64,000 bases of DNA from an uncultured Pelagibacteraceae bacterium (GTDB lineage: Bacteria; Pseudomonadota; Alphaproteobacteria; Pelagibacterales; Pelagibacteraceae): NCBI GenBank assembly GCA_902519945.1, contig CABYLY010000002.1:45356-109355 (forward strand), written 5' to 3'. The notes beneath the pieces were generated by a model, which was not told the origin of the DNA, ran no database searches, and saw only the letters and a program-made list of their open reading frames with translations. Shown piece after piece: positions 12,301 through 21,692 of this stretch. A program made the position numbers and the translations under genes. Position 1 is the first letter of the stretch, and every line of letters starts with the position of its first letter.

Positions 12301-13884
12301 AGTAACTTGACTAAAATTTTGTCTAAAAAAATGATATAGAGGCCTATATTTATCTGATAAAACTGCTAAAGGAGTATCATCTCCCATAGAACCAGTTGCT
12401 TCTTTGGCATCCTCCGCCATTGGATGCAAAATTAACTCGAGATCTTCAAGACTTATTCCAAAAGAATACTGACGTCTTCTTAAATCTTCACCAGCAAAAT
12501 TATGCTTCTCATTAGAGATAGATAATTTTTCATCTAAATCAATTATCTGAGAATTAAAATGTTTATATTCTTTTGCCAAAAAATCTTTGATTTGATTATT
12601 TGAAAATACTTTGCCTTTTTCAATTCTTACCCCAATGATTTCACCAGGTCCAAGTCTACCTTTTGATAAAATCCTTTTTTCATTTAACTCAATCATTCCA
12701 GTTTCAGATCCAGCAAAAAGAAATTTATCTTTTGTTATTGCGTATCTAAGGGGTCTTAAACCATTACGATCATTTGCTGCTATTACCCATTCATTATCTG
12801 TTGCAGCAATTGCAGCTGGTCCATCCCACGGCTCCATAGTACTATTTAAGAAATTAAATAATTGTTGGTGACTTTTCGACAAAGTTTTATTTTTTTTAGA
12901 CCATGCATCTGGAATCATCATTAATTTTGCTAAAGGCGCAGGTTGTCCTGATTTATTTAATAATTCAAAAACATTATCTAATGCTGCAGAGTCAGAAACT
13001 CCTTTTTGTATAACTGGTTTTAAATTTTCAACGTTTTCAAAAAATGGGCTGCTCATTTCTTGCTCATGTACTCTCATCCAGTTTTTGTTTCCTTTATATG
13101 TATTAATTTCACCATTATGAGCAACAGCTCTAAACGGTTGGGCCAAGCTCCAGCTTGGAGCTGTATTAGTTGAAAATCTTTGATGGAAAATTGCATATCT
13201 TGAAACAAATCTTTCATCTTTTAAATCTAAAAAAAAATCTGAAATAGCTTCAGCTAAAAACATGCCCTTATAGATAATTGATTTAGAGCTTATCGAACAA
13301 ATATAAAAATTATTTAATGACAGATTAAATGCTTTATTTTCAATTTTTTTTCTTGTCTCATAAATTTTTCTCTCAAGATCTTTATCAATTAAATTTTTGT
13401 CATTTGATTTAAAGAGTACTTGAATTATCTCTGGCATTGTTTGAAAAGCTTTTTCCCCTAAAACTTTTGGGTTAACAGGTACTTGTCTCCAACCATATAT
13501 ACTAAAATTATTCTTTGTTAACTCGCTTTCAACAATAGTTTTGCAGCTCTCCTGGGAGGCATAATCATTTCTAGGTAAAAAAATCATTCCAACACAAATA
13601 TCAGAACCATCATGAATGTGGCCAGTAACTTCAATTTTCTCAATAAAGAAATCTTTTGGTATTTCTAAATGTATTCCAGCACCATCTCCAGTTTTTCCGT
13701 CAGCATCAACAGCTCCTCGATGCCAAACAGCCTTTAAAGCCTCAATTCCATATTCTACAACCTCTCTTGATTTTTTTCCCTCTGTTGATGCAATCAATCC
13801 TACTCCACATGCATCATGTTCCATCTCTTTTGTGTAAACATTGTTTTCCGTAAGTAAGTCTAAATTTTTTTTATAAATATTCAT
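9379..13884 (-). CDS. gltB: Glutamate synthase large subunit
   Basis: 1501 aa; EHDACGVG Ntn Cys, HQRFSTNT, CIMVRQCHSNTCPVG 3Fe-4S motif. Confidence 0.98.
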   Translation of the reverse strand: MNIYKKNLDLLTENNVYTKEMEHDACGVGLIASTEGKKSREVVEYGIEALKAVWHRGAVDADGKTGDGAGIHLEIPKDFFIEKIEVTGHIHDGSDICVGMIFLPRNDYASQESCKTIVESELTKNNFSIYGWRQVPVNPKVLGEKAFQTMPEIIQVLFKSNDKNLIDKDLERKIYETRKKIENKAFNLSLNNFYICSISSKSIIYKGMFLAEAISDFFLDLKDERFVSRYAIFHQRFSTNTAPSWSLAQPFRAVAHNGEINTYKGNKNWMRVHEQEMSSPFFENVENLKPVIQKGVSDSAALDNVFELLNKSGQPAPLAKLMMIPDAWSKKNKTLSKSHQQLFNFLNSTMEPWDGPAAIAATDNEWVIAANDRNGLRPLRYAITKDKFLFAGSETGMIELNEKRILSKGRLGPGEIIGVRIEKGKVFSNNQIKDFLAKEYKHFNSQIIDLDEKLSISNEKHNFAGEDLRRRQYSFGISLEDLELILHPMAEDAKEATGSMGDDTPLAVLSDKYRPLYHFFRQNFSQVTNPPIDSLRENKVMSLKTRFGNLGNILDFDTLTKENIYVLNSPILSNSQFNKFINFFGKNSVSIDCTFLAEENLFDSIERIQKESEIAVRQGVTQLILSDKDISNKRMPMPMLLCVGAINTFLIEKKLRGYVSINVQSGEALDTHSFATLIGVGATTVNPYLAFDSLYQRHEKKLFGQYSFDECVERYIKSVNAGLLKIMSKMGISVLSSYRGGCNFETVGLSRSIVDDYFPGVTSKISGIGLSGIEKKIRAIHKEAFESTDTVLPIGGIYRYRKNGETHQYQGRLIHLLQSAVGSNSYSAYKKYAEGIYNLPPINLRDLIDFRKKKLGPSIQISEVEPIEKILRRFGSGSMSHGALSKEAHETLAIGMNRIKGASCSGEGGEDESRFKIMSSGDSANSRVKQIASARFGVTVNYLNNCNEIEIKIAQGAKPGEGGQLPGFKVTDEIAKLRHSTPGVTLISPPPHHDIYSIEDLAQLIYDLKQINPKARIGVKLVASSGVGTIAAGVAKAKADIILISGHNGGTGATPQTSVKYVGIPWEMGLTEANQVLTLNNLRHKVTLRTDGGIKTGRDVVIAAMMGAEEYGVATTALVAMGCIMVRQCHSNTCPVGVCTQDEKLREKFTGTPDKIVNLFTFIATEVREILAELGFKSLNDVIGRTDLLMQVSKASPNLDDLDLNPLFVQADPGNNKRYCEVTEINQVPDTLDQEIWPEIENALDNLGKIDNEFLIKNTNRAVGTRISHHLYKKYGYEKLEENFLTLNFKGSAGQSFGAFAAKGLKLKLKGDANDYVGKGLSGATISIKLPDESNLISNENTIIGNTVLYGATSGKLFAAGQAGDRFAVRNSGAITVIEGCDSNGCEYMTGGTAVILGDVGDNFAAGMTGGMAFIYDKSREFEKKVNPDSVVWQNIETDYWSAFLKKLVLEHSEETGSNLSKQIADNFENELKNFVQVCPKEMVDKLNHPISTKTKIQKVS

Positions 13885-15323
13885 TAGGCAACTTTAGATT
13901 TTTTTAACTCAATATTTTCTAAATAAGACTTGATTGATGAAGCAGCATCTCTACCATCTTTGATAGCCCAGACAACTAAAGATGCACCTCTAACAATATC
14001 TCCAGCAGCAAAAACACCTCTGATATTTGTTTCCATGGTGTCAAAGTCAGTTTTAATTGTTCCCCACTTTGTAACTTGTAATTCTTGTGCATCAAATAAT
14101 GATGGCAAGTTCTCTGGATCAAATCCTAATGCTTTAATTACCATGTCTGCTTTGATTTCAAATTCAGATCCTTGTTTTATTTCGGGTCTTCTTCTACCTG
14201 ACTCGTCAGGATCTCCAAGTTGAATTTGATCAACAACTAACTTTTCAATTTTATTTTTCCCTTTAAATTCTTTTGGGCTAGATAACCAAACAAACTCAAC
14301 ACCTTCTTCTTCAGCATTGGCTACTTCTCTTGCAGATCCGGGCATGTTGTCTTTATCTCTTCTATATAAGCATTTGACTGAATTAGCTTTTTGTCTAATT
14401 GAGGTTCGAACACAATCCATTGCAGTATCTCCGCCTCCAATAACTACAACATCTTTGCCTTCAGCGTTTAATACACCTTTGTCAAATAACTCAACTTTGT
14501 CTCCTAATCCTTTTTTATTTGATGCAGTTAAAAACTCCATTGCAGGAAAAATATTATCTAAGTCATTACCAGGTAAATTAACTTCACGTGGTTTATAAAC
14601 CCCAGTAGCAATTAAAATTGCATCATGTTTTTTTCTTAATTGCTCTAAAGTTGCATCTTTACCAACCTCAAAATTCTGCTCAAATTTAATTCCTCCATCC
14701 TTCAATAATTTTGTTCTTCTCTCTACAACATGTTTTTCTAATTTAAAATTTGGGATCCCATAAATTAACAAACCACCTGCTCTATCATATCTATCGTAGA
14801 CAGTAATTTGATATCCATTTTTCCTAAGTTGTTCAGCAGCTGCCAGTCCAGCAGGTCCAGCACCAATTATTCCAACGCTTTGTTCCTTCTCATGATTAAT
14901 TGAGATAGGTTTTACCCATCCATTCTCCCAAGCGCTGTCTGTGATATATTTTTCGACTGATCCAATCGTTACTGTTCCATGACCTGACTGCTCAATAACA
15001 CAATTCCCCTCACATAATCTATCTTGAGGGCAAATTCTGCCACAAACCTCTGGCATATTATTTGTGCTTTGAGATAATTCATAAGCTTCTTTTAACCTTC
15101 CTTCGGCAGTTAATTTGAGCCAGTCTGGGATGTTATTACTTAATGGACAATGAACTTGGCAGAATGGAACACCACATTGAGAGCATCTACTTGACTGCTC
15201 TTGTGCTTTTTGAGTGATAAATTCATCATAGATTTCATTAAAGTCATCTTTTCTATTATCAACTGCCCTTTTAGGTGGAGTTTGTTGACCTATTTTCACG
15301 AATTTTAGCATTTTATCAGTCAT
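13884..15323 (-). CDS. gltD: Glutamate synthase small subunit
   Basis: RCSQCGVPFCQVHCP, CGRICPQDRLCE, GAGPAG, GGGDTAMDC; gltD-gltB order typical of Alphaproteobacteria. Confidence 0.97.
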   Translation of the reverse strand: MTDKMLKFVKIGQQTPPKRAVDNRKDDFNEIYDEFITQKAQEQSSRCSQCGVPFCQVHCPLSNNIPDWLKLTAEGRLKEAYELSQSTNNMPEVCGRICPQDRLCEGNCVIEQSGHGTVTIGSVEKYITDSAWENGWVKPISINHEKEQSVGIIGAGPAGLAAAEQLRKNGYQITVYDRYDRAGGLLIYGIPNFKLEKHVVERRTKLLKDGGIKFEQNFEVGKDATLEQLRKKHDAILIATGVYKPREVNLPGNDLDNIFPAMEFLTASNKKGLGDKVELFDKGVLNAEGKDVVVIGGGDTAMDCVRTSIRQKANSVKCLYRRDKDNMPGSAREVANAEEEGVEFVWLSSPKEFKGKNKIEKLVVDQIQLGDPDESGRRRPEIKQGSEFEIKADMVIKALGFDPENLPSLFDAQELQVTKWGTIKTDFDTMETNIRGVFAAGDIVRGASLVVWAIKDGRDAASSIKSYLENIELKKSKVA

Positions 15324-15379
15324 AAATTTTATAAATTTATCGCAAATTATACATTGTTTTTATTAGTGAAAGAAATATA

Positions 15380-15400
15380 TAGGTCAATAACTATTACCTA
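15380..15400. promoter_or_regulatory. Imperfect palindrome, candidate operator between gltD and uppP
   Basis: TAGGTCA-N7-TTACCTA; comparatively GC-rich arms in an AT-rich divergent spacer. Confidence 0.4.
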
Positions 15401-15506
15401 ATTTAAACAATATTTAGCTAAAAACCTGATAAATTTAATTTCTGCATATCTAATATGATTAAATCGAATTGTTTAAAATGAATATTTTTTAAGTTACGAC
15501 AGTTGT

Positions 15507-16274
15507 ATGGTTCGAGATTTTATAGAAATTTTAATTCTTTCTACAGTTCAAGGAATTTCCGAATTTTTACCTATAAGCTCATCAGCACATTTAATTTTAG
15601 TATCAAATTTTTATGATTTAGAGACAAGTTCTTTAATGATAGATATAAGTTTGCACTTAGGATCATTAGTTGCAGTAATTTTTTATTTTAGAAAAGATCT
15701 GTTTAATCTAAGGAATAATGGAAAATTATTAAGTTTAATAATTATTGGTTCTCTGCCTCTAATATCATTTGGATATATTTTATATACAACTGAATTTATT
15801 CATCTTTTAAGAAACACAAAAGTAATTGCCTCAACAACTTTATTTTTTGGGTTTATACTTTTTTTTGCTGATCAGAGAAAAACAGAAAAGAATATTGCCA
15901 CAGATCTAAATTTTAAATCAATTTTGATAATAGGTCTGTTTCAAATATTAGCTCTGATACCAGGAGTTAGTAGAGCAGGAATAACAATTACGGCAGCAAG
16001 ATTTTTAAATTTTAATAGAATAGATTCTAGTAAAATTTCCTTTTTATTATCTATACCTGCGTTAGCAGGAGCTAGTTTTCTTGGTTTAAATGAGGCTTTT
16101 GAACAATCAATAGAATTAAATTCTCTATTAATAATTGCAGTTCTTTTATCTTTTACGTTTTCATTTTTTACAATCAAATATTTCCTAAAATTTATAAACA
16201 AAATTTCTTTTAATATATTTGTAATATATCGAATAATTCTTGGCTTTATTTTATTTTTAATAATATATGCTTAG
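15507..16274 (+). CDS. uppP: Undecaprenyl-diphosphate phosphatase (UppP/BacA)
   Basis: QGISEFLPISSSAH and IPGVSRAG motifs; multi-pass membrane protein. Confidence 0.95.
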   Translation: MVRDFIEILILSTVQGISEFLPISSSAHLILVSNFYDLETSSLMIDISLHLGSLVAVIFYFRKDLFNLRNNGKLLSLIIIGSLPLISFGYILYTTEFIHLLRNTKVIASTTLFFGFILFFADQRKTEKNIATDLNFKSILIIGLFQILALIPGVSRAGITITAARFLNFNRIDSSKISFLLSIPALAGASFLGLNEAFEQSIELNSLLIIAVLLSFTFSFFTIKYFLKFINKISFNIFVIYRIILGFILFLIIYA

Positions 16275-17161
16275 GCTGTTTTCTTAATTAACGGAACTAA
16301 TTGGGATAATAAAACTCCACTAAGTATAAAAAAACAACCAAGTAAATTATTAATACCTAATATTTGATTTAAAATAAACCACGCAGCAATTGTTGCAAAA
16401 ACACCCTCCAAAGAAAAAATTATTGCAGCAGGTGCTGGTGTGATATTTCTCTGGGCATAAATTTGTAAAACAAACGCAAAACCACCTGACAAAATGCCAG
16501 CATATAAAATTGAGTCAATTTCATTTAAAATGTTGTCAAGAACGAATTCTTCTGAAAATAATCCTATTATAAATGAAAATAGCGCAACGAGTAATGTTTG
16601 GATTGCACCAATTGTTAATGGAAGGTTATACTTTTTAACAATCATACCAGTAAAAATAATGTGTGTGCTCCAAAATAAAGCTCCCAATACTACAAGTGTA
16701 TCCCCCAGTCTTACAGTTGCATCCTGAAAATTAGTCAATAAATATCCACCAATCAAACATAAGATTACTGATGGCCATACACTCCAATGTAAAAAATCTT
16801 TTTTAAAGATAAAAATAATTATGGGGACCATTGGCACATAAAAAATTGTAAAGAAAGCTGCATTTGCAACATCAGTATAAAGCAATGCAACTTGTTGTAA
16901 TGCAGAGCCTAGGAACAATGATAATCCGATTAAAAAGGATAAAATAATGAATGTTTTTAAATCAAATCTAAATTCTTTTTTCAATTTCTTTGCTTCAAAT
17001 ATTAATGCTAAAGGGATTATTGCTAAAAAACCAACAAAAAATCTCACTGCATTAAAAGTGAACGGTCCAATATCATCCATACCTGTGTCTTGTGCAATGA
17101 ATGTAGTTCCCCAAATAAAAGTGCACAACAGTGCACTAAATAAAGAGAGGGTTTTAGACAT
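16271..17161 (-). CDS. DMT/EamA family transporter
   Basis: IWGTTF, about 10 hydrophobic segments, AAIIFSLEGVFA. Confidence 0.85.
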   Translation of the reverse strand: MSKTLSLFSALLCTFIWGTTFIAQDTGMDDIGPFTFNAVRFFVGFLAIIPLALIFEAKKLKKEFRFDLKTFIILSFLIGLSLFLGSALQQVALLYTDVANAAFFTIFYVPMVPIIIFIFKKDFLHWSVWPSVILCLIGGYLLTNFQDATVRLGDTLVVLGALFWSTHIIFTGMIVKKYNLPLTIGAIQTLLVALFSFIIGLFSEEFVLDNILNEIDSILYAGILSGGFAFVLQIYAQRNITPAPAAIIFSLEGVFATIAAWFILNQILGINNLLGCFFILSGVLLSQLVPLIKKTA

Positions 17162-17166
17162 ATTTT

Positions 17167-18441
17167 TTATACTGCTAATTTATAAGCAAAATTTTTGCCT
17201 AAATTGTCTTTTAAATCGTTGTTAAATCGGGCTGCCTCTGCTCCATCAATTATTCTATGATCATATGAAAGAGATAATGGTAACATTGTTCGTGTTACGA
17301 ATTTTCCATTAATAAAAATTTGTTTTTTTTGAGATTTACCAACTCCTAAAATTGCAACTTCAGGATAATTAATTATAGGTGTAAAAAAAGAACCACCAAT
17401 ACCTCCAAGACTTGTTATTGTCATAGAGCCACCAAATAACTCTTTTTTATCAATTTTAAGATTCCTGCATTGATCACTTAATTTTTTTAATTCGCTGCCT
17501 ATTAGAGATATATTCTTATTATCAGCATTTCTTAATTTTGGAACCATAAGGCCATGCTTCGTATCTACAGCTATTCCAATATGATAATACTTCTTTAAGG
17601 TCATTTTTCCTTTATCAATTTCATCTATAGAAGAATTAAAATTTGGAAATTTTTTAAGTGATGCAGTTAACGCTTTGACAATAAAAGCTAAAGGTGTAAT
17701 TTTCTTTTTTTCTCCTGTATAAATATCTGTGAGAGATACTCTAAACTCCTCTAATTCTGTTATATCTGCTTCATCATGATTCGTCACATGAGGAATATTG
17801 GTCCAAGAATTCATTAGATATTTAGATGAAAGTCTCTTAACTCTTGGAATATCTTTAAATTCTATTTGACCAAATTCTGAGTGAGGATATTCTAATTCTA
17901 TTATTTCATCTTTCTTTAATACTTTTTCAATATTTCTTAGAGATTTTTTTGCAACAAACGACTTAATATCACTTTCTGTTACTCTTCCTAATCTTTCACT
18001 ACCCTCAACTTTACTGATATCTACACCTAGTTCTCTTGCAAATTTTCTGACTTTTGGTGAGGCTGCAGTTTTTTTAGAAAAATCTGTTACAATAATATTT
18101 TTTGACCTGATATCTGTTTCGATTTCTATTTTTTTTTGTTTAGTATCATCTTGTTTGGGAAATTGTTTTTCATTAGTTTCTATTATAGTTTCTTCTTGAT
18201 TATCTTTTAACTCAATTTCTAAAATTTGATCACCCTCTGAAACCTTATCACCAATATTTAAGTTTATTGCTGTTACTTTTCCATCATGAGATGAGGGTAT
18301 TTCAACACTCGATTTATCACTTTCAATTGTTATCAAAGGATCATTTTTTTTAATTTCTTGACCCTTTTTGACTATTATTTCAATTACCTCTACATCTTTA
18401 AATTCACCAATATTTGGGACTTTTATATCTTTTTTAGACAT
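17167..18441 (-). CDS. aceF: Pyruvate dehydrogenase E2, single lipoyl domain
   Basis: Lipoyl motif IESDKSSVEIPS, PSBD ASPKVRKFARELGVD, catalytic DHRIIDGA; start re-called at MSKKDIK (18441). Confidence 0.93.
   Translation of the reverse strand: MSKKDIKVPNIGEFKDVEVIEIIVKKGQEIKKNDPLITIESDKSSVEIPSSHDGKVTAINLNIGDKVSEGDQILEIELKDNQEETIIETNEKQFPKQDDTKQKKIEIETDIRSKNIIVTDFSKKTAASPKVRKFARELGVDISKVEGSERLGRVTESDIKSFVAKKSLRNIEKVLKKDEIIELEYPHSEFGQIEFKDIPRVKRLSSKYLMNSWTNIPHVTNHDEADITELEEFRVSLTDIYTGEKKKITPLAFIVKALTASLKKFPNFNSSIDEIDKGKMTLKKYYHIGIAVDTKHGLMVPKLRNADNKNISLIGSELKKLSDQCRNLKIDKKELFGGSMTITSLGGIGGSFFTPIINYPEVAILGVGKSQKKQIFINGKFVTRTMLPLSLSYDHRIIDGAEAARFNNDLKDNLGKNFAYKLAV
18296..18330. repeat. 35-bp exact repeat, copy in aceF lipoyl domain
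   Basis: ggtatttcaacactcgatttatcactttcaattgt, identical to 21336-21370. Confidence 0.9.
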
Positions 18442-18442
18442 T

Positions 18443-21400
18443 CTATAATTTTGTAGGCATAGGTTTATCTGTATCAATCTTGTACTTTTTTATAGCATCT
18501 AAAGCATGTTTGGACGCGATAAGCTGTTCCTTAGCTAAAATGCTCAATCCATAAGTTGTGATGTGTTCCTTATCAACTTCAAAAAATTTTCTTAATTCTT
18601 TTCTTGTATCACTTCGTCCAAATCCGTCAGTTCCTAGCGAGTAAAAACTTTTATTTACATATGGTCTTATTTGATCAGAGTTCATTCTCATATAATCAGA
18701 GGCTGCCAAAATTGGTCCTTCGGTGTTTCCTAAACATTTTTCTATATAGGTTTTTTTAGGTTCTTTGTCAGGGTTTAGAAGATTGTATCTTTCTACCTCA
18801 AGACCATCCCTTCTTAATTCATTAAAGCTTGTCACGCTCCAAATTTCACTATCAATCTGATACTCATTTTGCAATATTTCTGCTCCAGCTATCATTTCTC
18901 TTAAAATTGTTCCAGACCCAAGAAACTGAATTTTAGTTTTTTTATATTTATTAAATTCCTTTATTTTATACATCCCCTTTAAAATGCCTTCTTCGCACAA
19001 CTTATCTTTTGGCATTTCTGGATGAGGATAATTTTCATTCATTGTTGTTATATAATAAAATATATTCTCTTTTTTTTCATGCATTCTTCTTAAACCTTCT
19101 CTAAATATAACAGCAAGTTCATAATGGAATGTGGGATCATATGATCTACAATTTGGGATAGTCGACGCCATTAAATGACTATGACCATCCTGATGTTGTA
19201 AACCCTCTCCAGCAAGAGTCGTTCTTCCAGCGGTAGCTCCAATCAAAAACCCTCTTGATTGACTATCTGCGCCTGCCCAAGCAAAATCTCCAATTCTTTG
19301 AAAACCAAACATAGAATAAAAAAGATAAATTGGAATCATTTCTATATCGTGGTTAGTGTATGAAGTTCCAGCAGCTATCCATGATGACATTGCTCCAGCC
19401 TCATTGATCCCTTCCTCTAAAACTTGACCACTCTTCTCCTCTTTATACGAACTTAATTGAGCAGAGTCTTCTGGCTCATATTTTTGACCTTCATGAGCAT
19501 AAATTCCAATCTTTTGGAAAAAACCCTCCATTCCAAAAGTTCTAGCCTCATCGGGGATAATAGGAACCAGTCTTGGTGCAACATTTTTATCTCTTAAAAG
19601 ATTGGTCAGCATTCTAACTAATGCCATTGTTGTAGACATCTCTTTTTTCTCAGTTGAAACTTTCATGTTATCAAAAATATCTTTTGGAGGCGCCTTAACA
19701 GATTTTGCATAAGTGGTTCTTTCAGGGATAAAGCCTCCTAATTGAATTCTTCTTTCTTTTAAATATTTTATCTCAGGCGAATTTTGATCTGGTTTATAAT
19801 ATTCAATATTTTTCACTTGTTGATCTGTTAATGGTACATCAAACCTGTCTCTGTAATACATAAGGTCATCAATATCTAGTTTCTTAGTTTGGTGTGTTGT
19901 ATTAACACTTTCACCACTTTTACCCATTCCATAACCCTTGATAGTTTTTGCAATGACAACTGTAGGACTTCCAACATTTTTAGATGCTTTATCATAAGCT
20001 GCAAAAACTTTGTGAGGATCATGACCACCTCTATTCAATCGCCAGATATCTTTGTCTGAAAGACTGGATACTAATTCTTTTGTTTCTAAATATTTACCAA
20101 AAAACTTATCTCTAACATATGCACCGTCTCTTGCTTTCATAGCTTGATATTCACCATCAACAGTTTCGTTCATAGTTTTAACTAAATGACCTGTCTTGTC
20201 ATTTGCAAGTAATGGATCCCAATACGAACCCCAAATAACTTTTATAACATTCCAACCAGCACCTCTGAAAATTCCCTCTAATTCTTGTATTATCTTTCCA
20301 TTGCCACGAACTGGTCCATCTAATCTTTGAAGATTACAGTTAACAACAAATATTAAATTATCTAATTTTTCTCTTGCAGCTAAACCAATTGCTCCAAGAG
20401 ACTCTGGTTCATCCATTTCTCCATCACCTAAAAATGCCCAAACTTTTCTTCCTTCATCTTTAATCAAGCCTCTATTTATTAAATACTTCATAAACCTTGC
20501 CTGATAAATTGCCAACATTGGACCTAGTCCCATTGACACCGTTGGAAATTGCCAAAAATTTGGCATTAACCATGGATGAGGATATGACGAAAGACCACCA
20601 GGATTCACCTCTTGTCTAAAACTATCTAATTGTTTTTCATTAAGTCTTCCTTCTAGAAAAGCCCTAGCGTACATACCTGGTGCGCTATGTCCTTGAAAAT
20701 ATATTAAATCCCCACCAAATTTATTATTTTTTGCTCTCCAAAAATGATTCATGCCAACGTCGTAAAGAGTTGCAGCAGATGCAAAAGTTCCAATATGTCC
20801 TCCAAGTTCTGGAAATTTTTTATTAGCTCTTACTACCATAGCAGCAGCATTCCATCTTATTAAAGATCTAATTCTCCTTTCTATATTTTGATCACCATTT
20901 GATTTTTTTTCTTCATTTACAGGTATAGTATTTATGTAAGGAGTATTTTGTGTATAAGGAATATTAGCACCTTCCATGTAAGCTTTATTAATAAGTTCTT
21001 TGATTAAATAATGAGCTCTATGGTTTCCATCTTTTTCAATTACTGCTGATAAAGACTCCAACCATTCACTAGTTTCTAACGGATCAATGTCTCCTTCATT
21101 AATCACTTCAATTTTTTGATCTTTTTCTTTTACAATATTTTTTAATGGTGCATTTTGATCTTGAGTCTTTTTTAGAGAACTTTCAGCTTCTTGAATCAAA
21201 TTTTCAGTTTCCTTTGGAAGAGACTCGTTTTTAGATACTATGTTCTTTGAGGATATATTTATTAGCAAGTCTCCTTTTGATACCTTGTCTCCAACTTTAA
21301 CACTGATGGACTCAACTTTGCCCGAAAATATTGATGGTATTTCAACACTCGATTTATCACTTTCAATTGTAACGACAGGGTCATTTTTTTTTATCTCTTG

Positions 21401-21478
21401 GCCTTCCTTAACCAAAAGCTCAATTACCTCTACGTTCTCAAAGTCACCTATGTCAGGAACTAATAATTTTTCAGTCAT
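18443..21478 (-). CDS. aceE: Pyruvate dehydrogenase E1, homodimeric AceE type, with fused N-terminal lipoyl domain
   Basis: DIDPLETSEWLESL, GGHIGTFAS, GDGEMDEPES...NCNLQRLDGPV ThDP motif; first ~76 aa form a lipoyl domain (TIESDKSSVEIPS). Confidence 0.95.
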   Translation of the reverse strand: MTEKLLVPDIGDFENVEVIELLVKEGQEIKKNDPVVTIESDKSSVEIPSIFSGKVESISVKVGDKVSKGDLLINISSKNIVSKNESLPKETENLIQEAESSLKKTQDQNAPLKNIVKEKDQKIEVINEGDIDPLETSEWLESLSAVIEKDGNHRAHYLIKELINKAYMEGANIPYTQNTPYINTIPVNEEKKSNGDQNIERRIRSLIRWNAAAMVVRANKKFPELGGHIGTFASAATLYDVGMNHFWRAKNNKFGGDLIYFQGHSAPGMYARAFLEGRLNEKQLDSFRQEVNPGGLSSYPHPWLMPNFWQFPTVSMGLGPMLAIYQARFMKYLINRGLIKDEGRKVWAFLGDGEMDEPESLGAIGLAAREKLDNLIFVVNCNLQRLDGPVRGNGKIIQELEGIFRGAGWNVIKVIWGSYWDPLLANDKTGHLVKTMNETVDGEYQAMKARDGAYVRDKFFGKYLETKELVSSLSDKDIWRLNRGGHDPHKVFAAYDKASKNVGSPTVVIAKTIKGYGMGKSGESVNTTHQTKKLDIDDLMYYRDRFDVPLTDQQVKNIEYYKPDQNSPEIKYLKERRIQLGGFIPERTTYAKSVKAPPKDIFDNMKVSTEKKEMSTTMALVRMLTNLLRDKNVAPRLVPIIPDEARTFGMEGFFQKIGIYAHEGQKYEPEDSAQLSSYKEEKSGQVLEEGINEAGAMSSWIAAGTSYTNHDIEMIPIYLFYSMFGFQRIGDFAWAGADSQSRGFLIGATAGRTTLAGEGLQHQDGHSHLMASTIPNCRSYDPTFHYELAVIFREGLRRMHEKKENIFYYITTMNENYPHPEMPKDKLCEEGILKGMYKIKEFNKYKKTKIQFLGSGTILREMIAGAEILQNEYQIDSEIWSVTSFNELRRDGLEVERYNLLNPDKEPKKTYIEKCLGNTEGPILAASDYMRMNSDQIRPYVNKSFYSLGTDGFGRSDTRKELRKFFEVDKEHITTYGLSILAKEQLIASKHALDAIKKYKIDTDKPMPTKL
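21336..21370. repeat. 35-bp exact repeat, copy in aceE lipoyl domain
   Basis: Identical to 18296-18330. Confidence 0.9.
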
Positions 21479-21575
21479 TTCTTTAAAGTTTTATACACTA
21501 AAAAAATACACTTAATCTCTAATTTTAACACATTCTACACAATATTTTGACACTCTTTTTCTACATACTTCAAAA

Positions 21576-21692
21576 ATGATTAAAAAATTATTAAATCTAT
21601 TTACTCAACCAAAATTAAGCACATATAAAGATACCAATATGTGGATCCAAAAAATTTTGTTAGAGGAAAAATACGGAAAAATTAGTTCTTAA
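21576..21692 (+). CDS. Putative 38-aa small protein
   Basis: MIKKLLNLFTQPKLSTYKDTNMWIQKILLEEKYGKISS; fills the aceE/thiolase gap; its stop overlaps the thiolase stop (TTAA); no obvious SD. Confidence 0.4.
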   Translation: MIKKLLNLFTQPKLSTYKDTNMWIQKILLEEKYGKISS

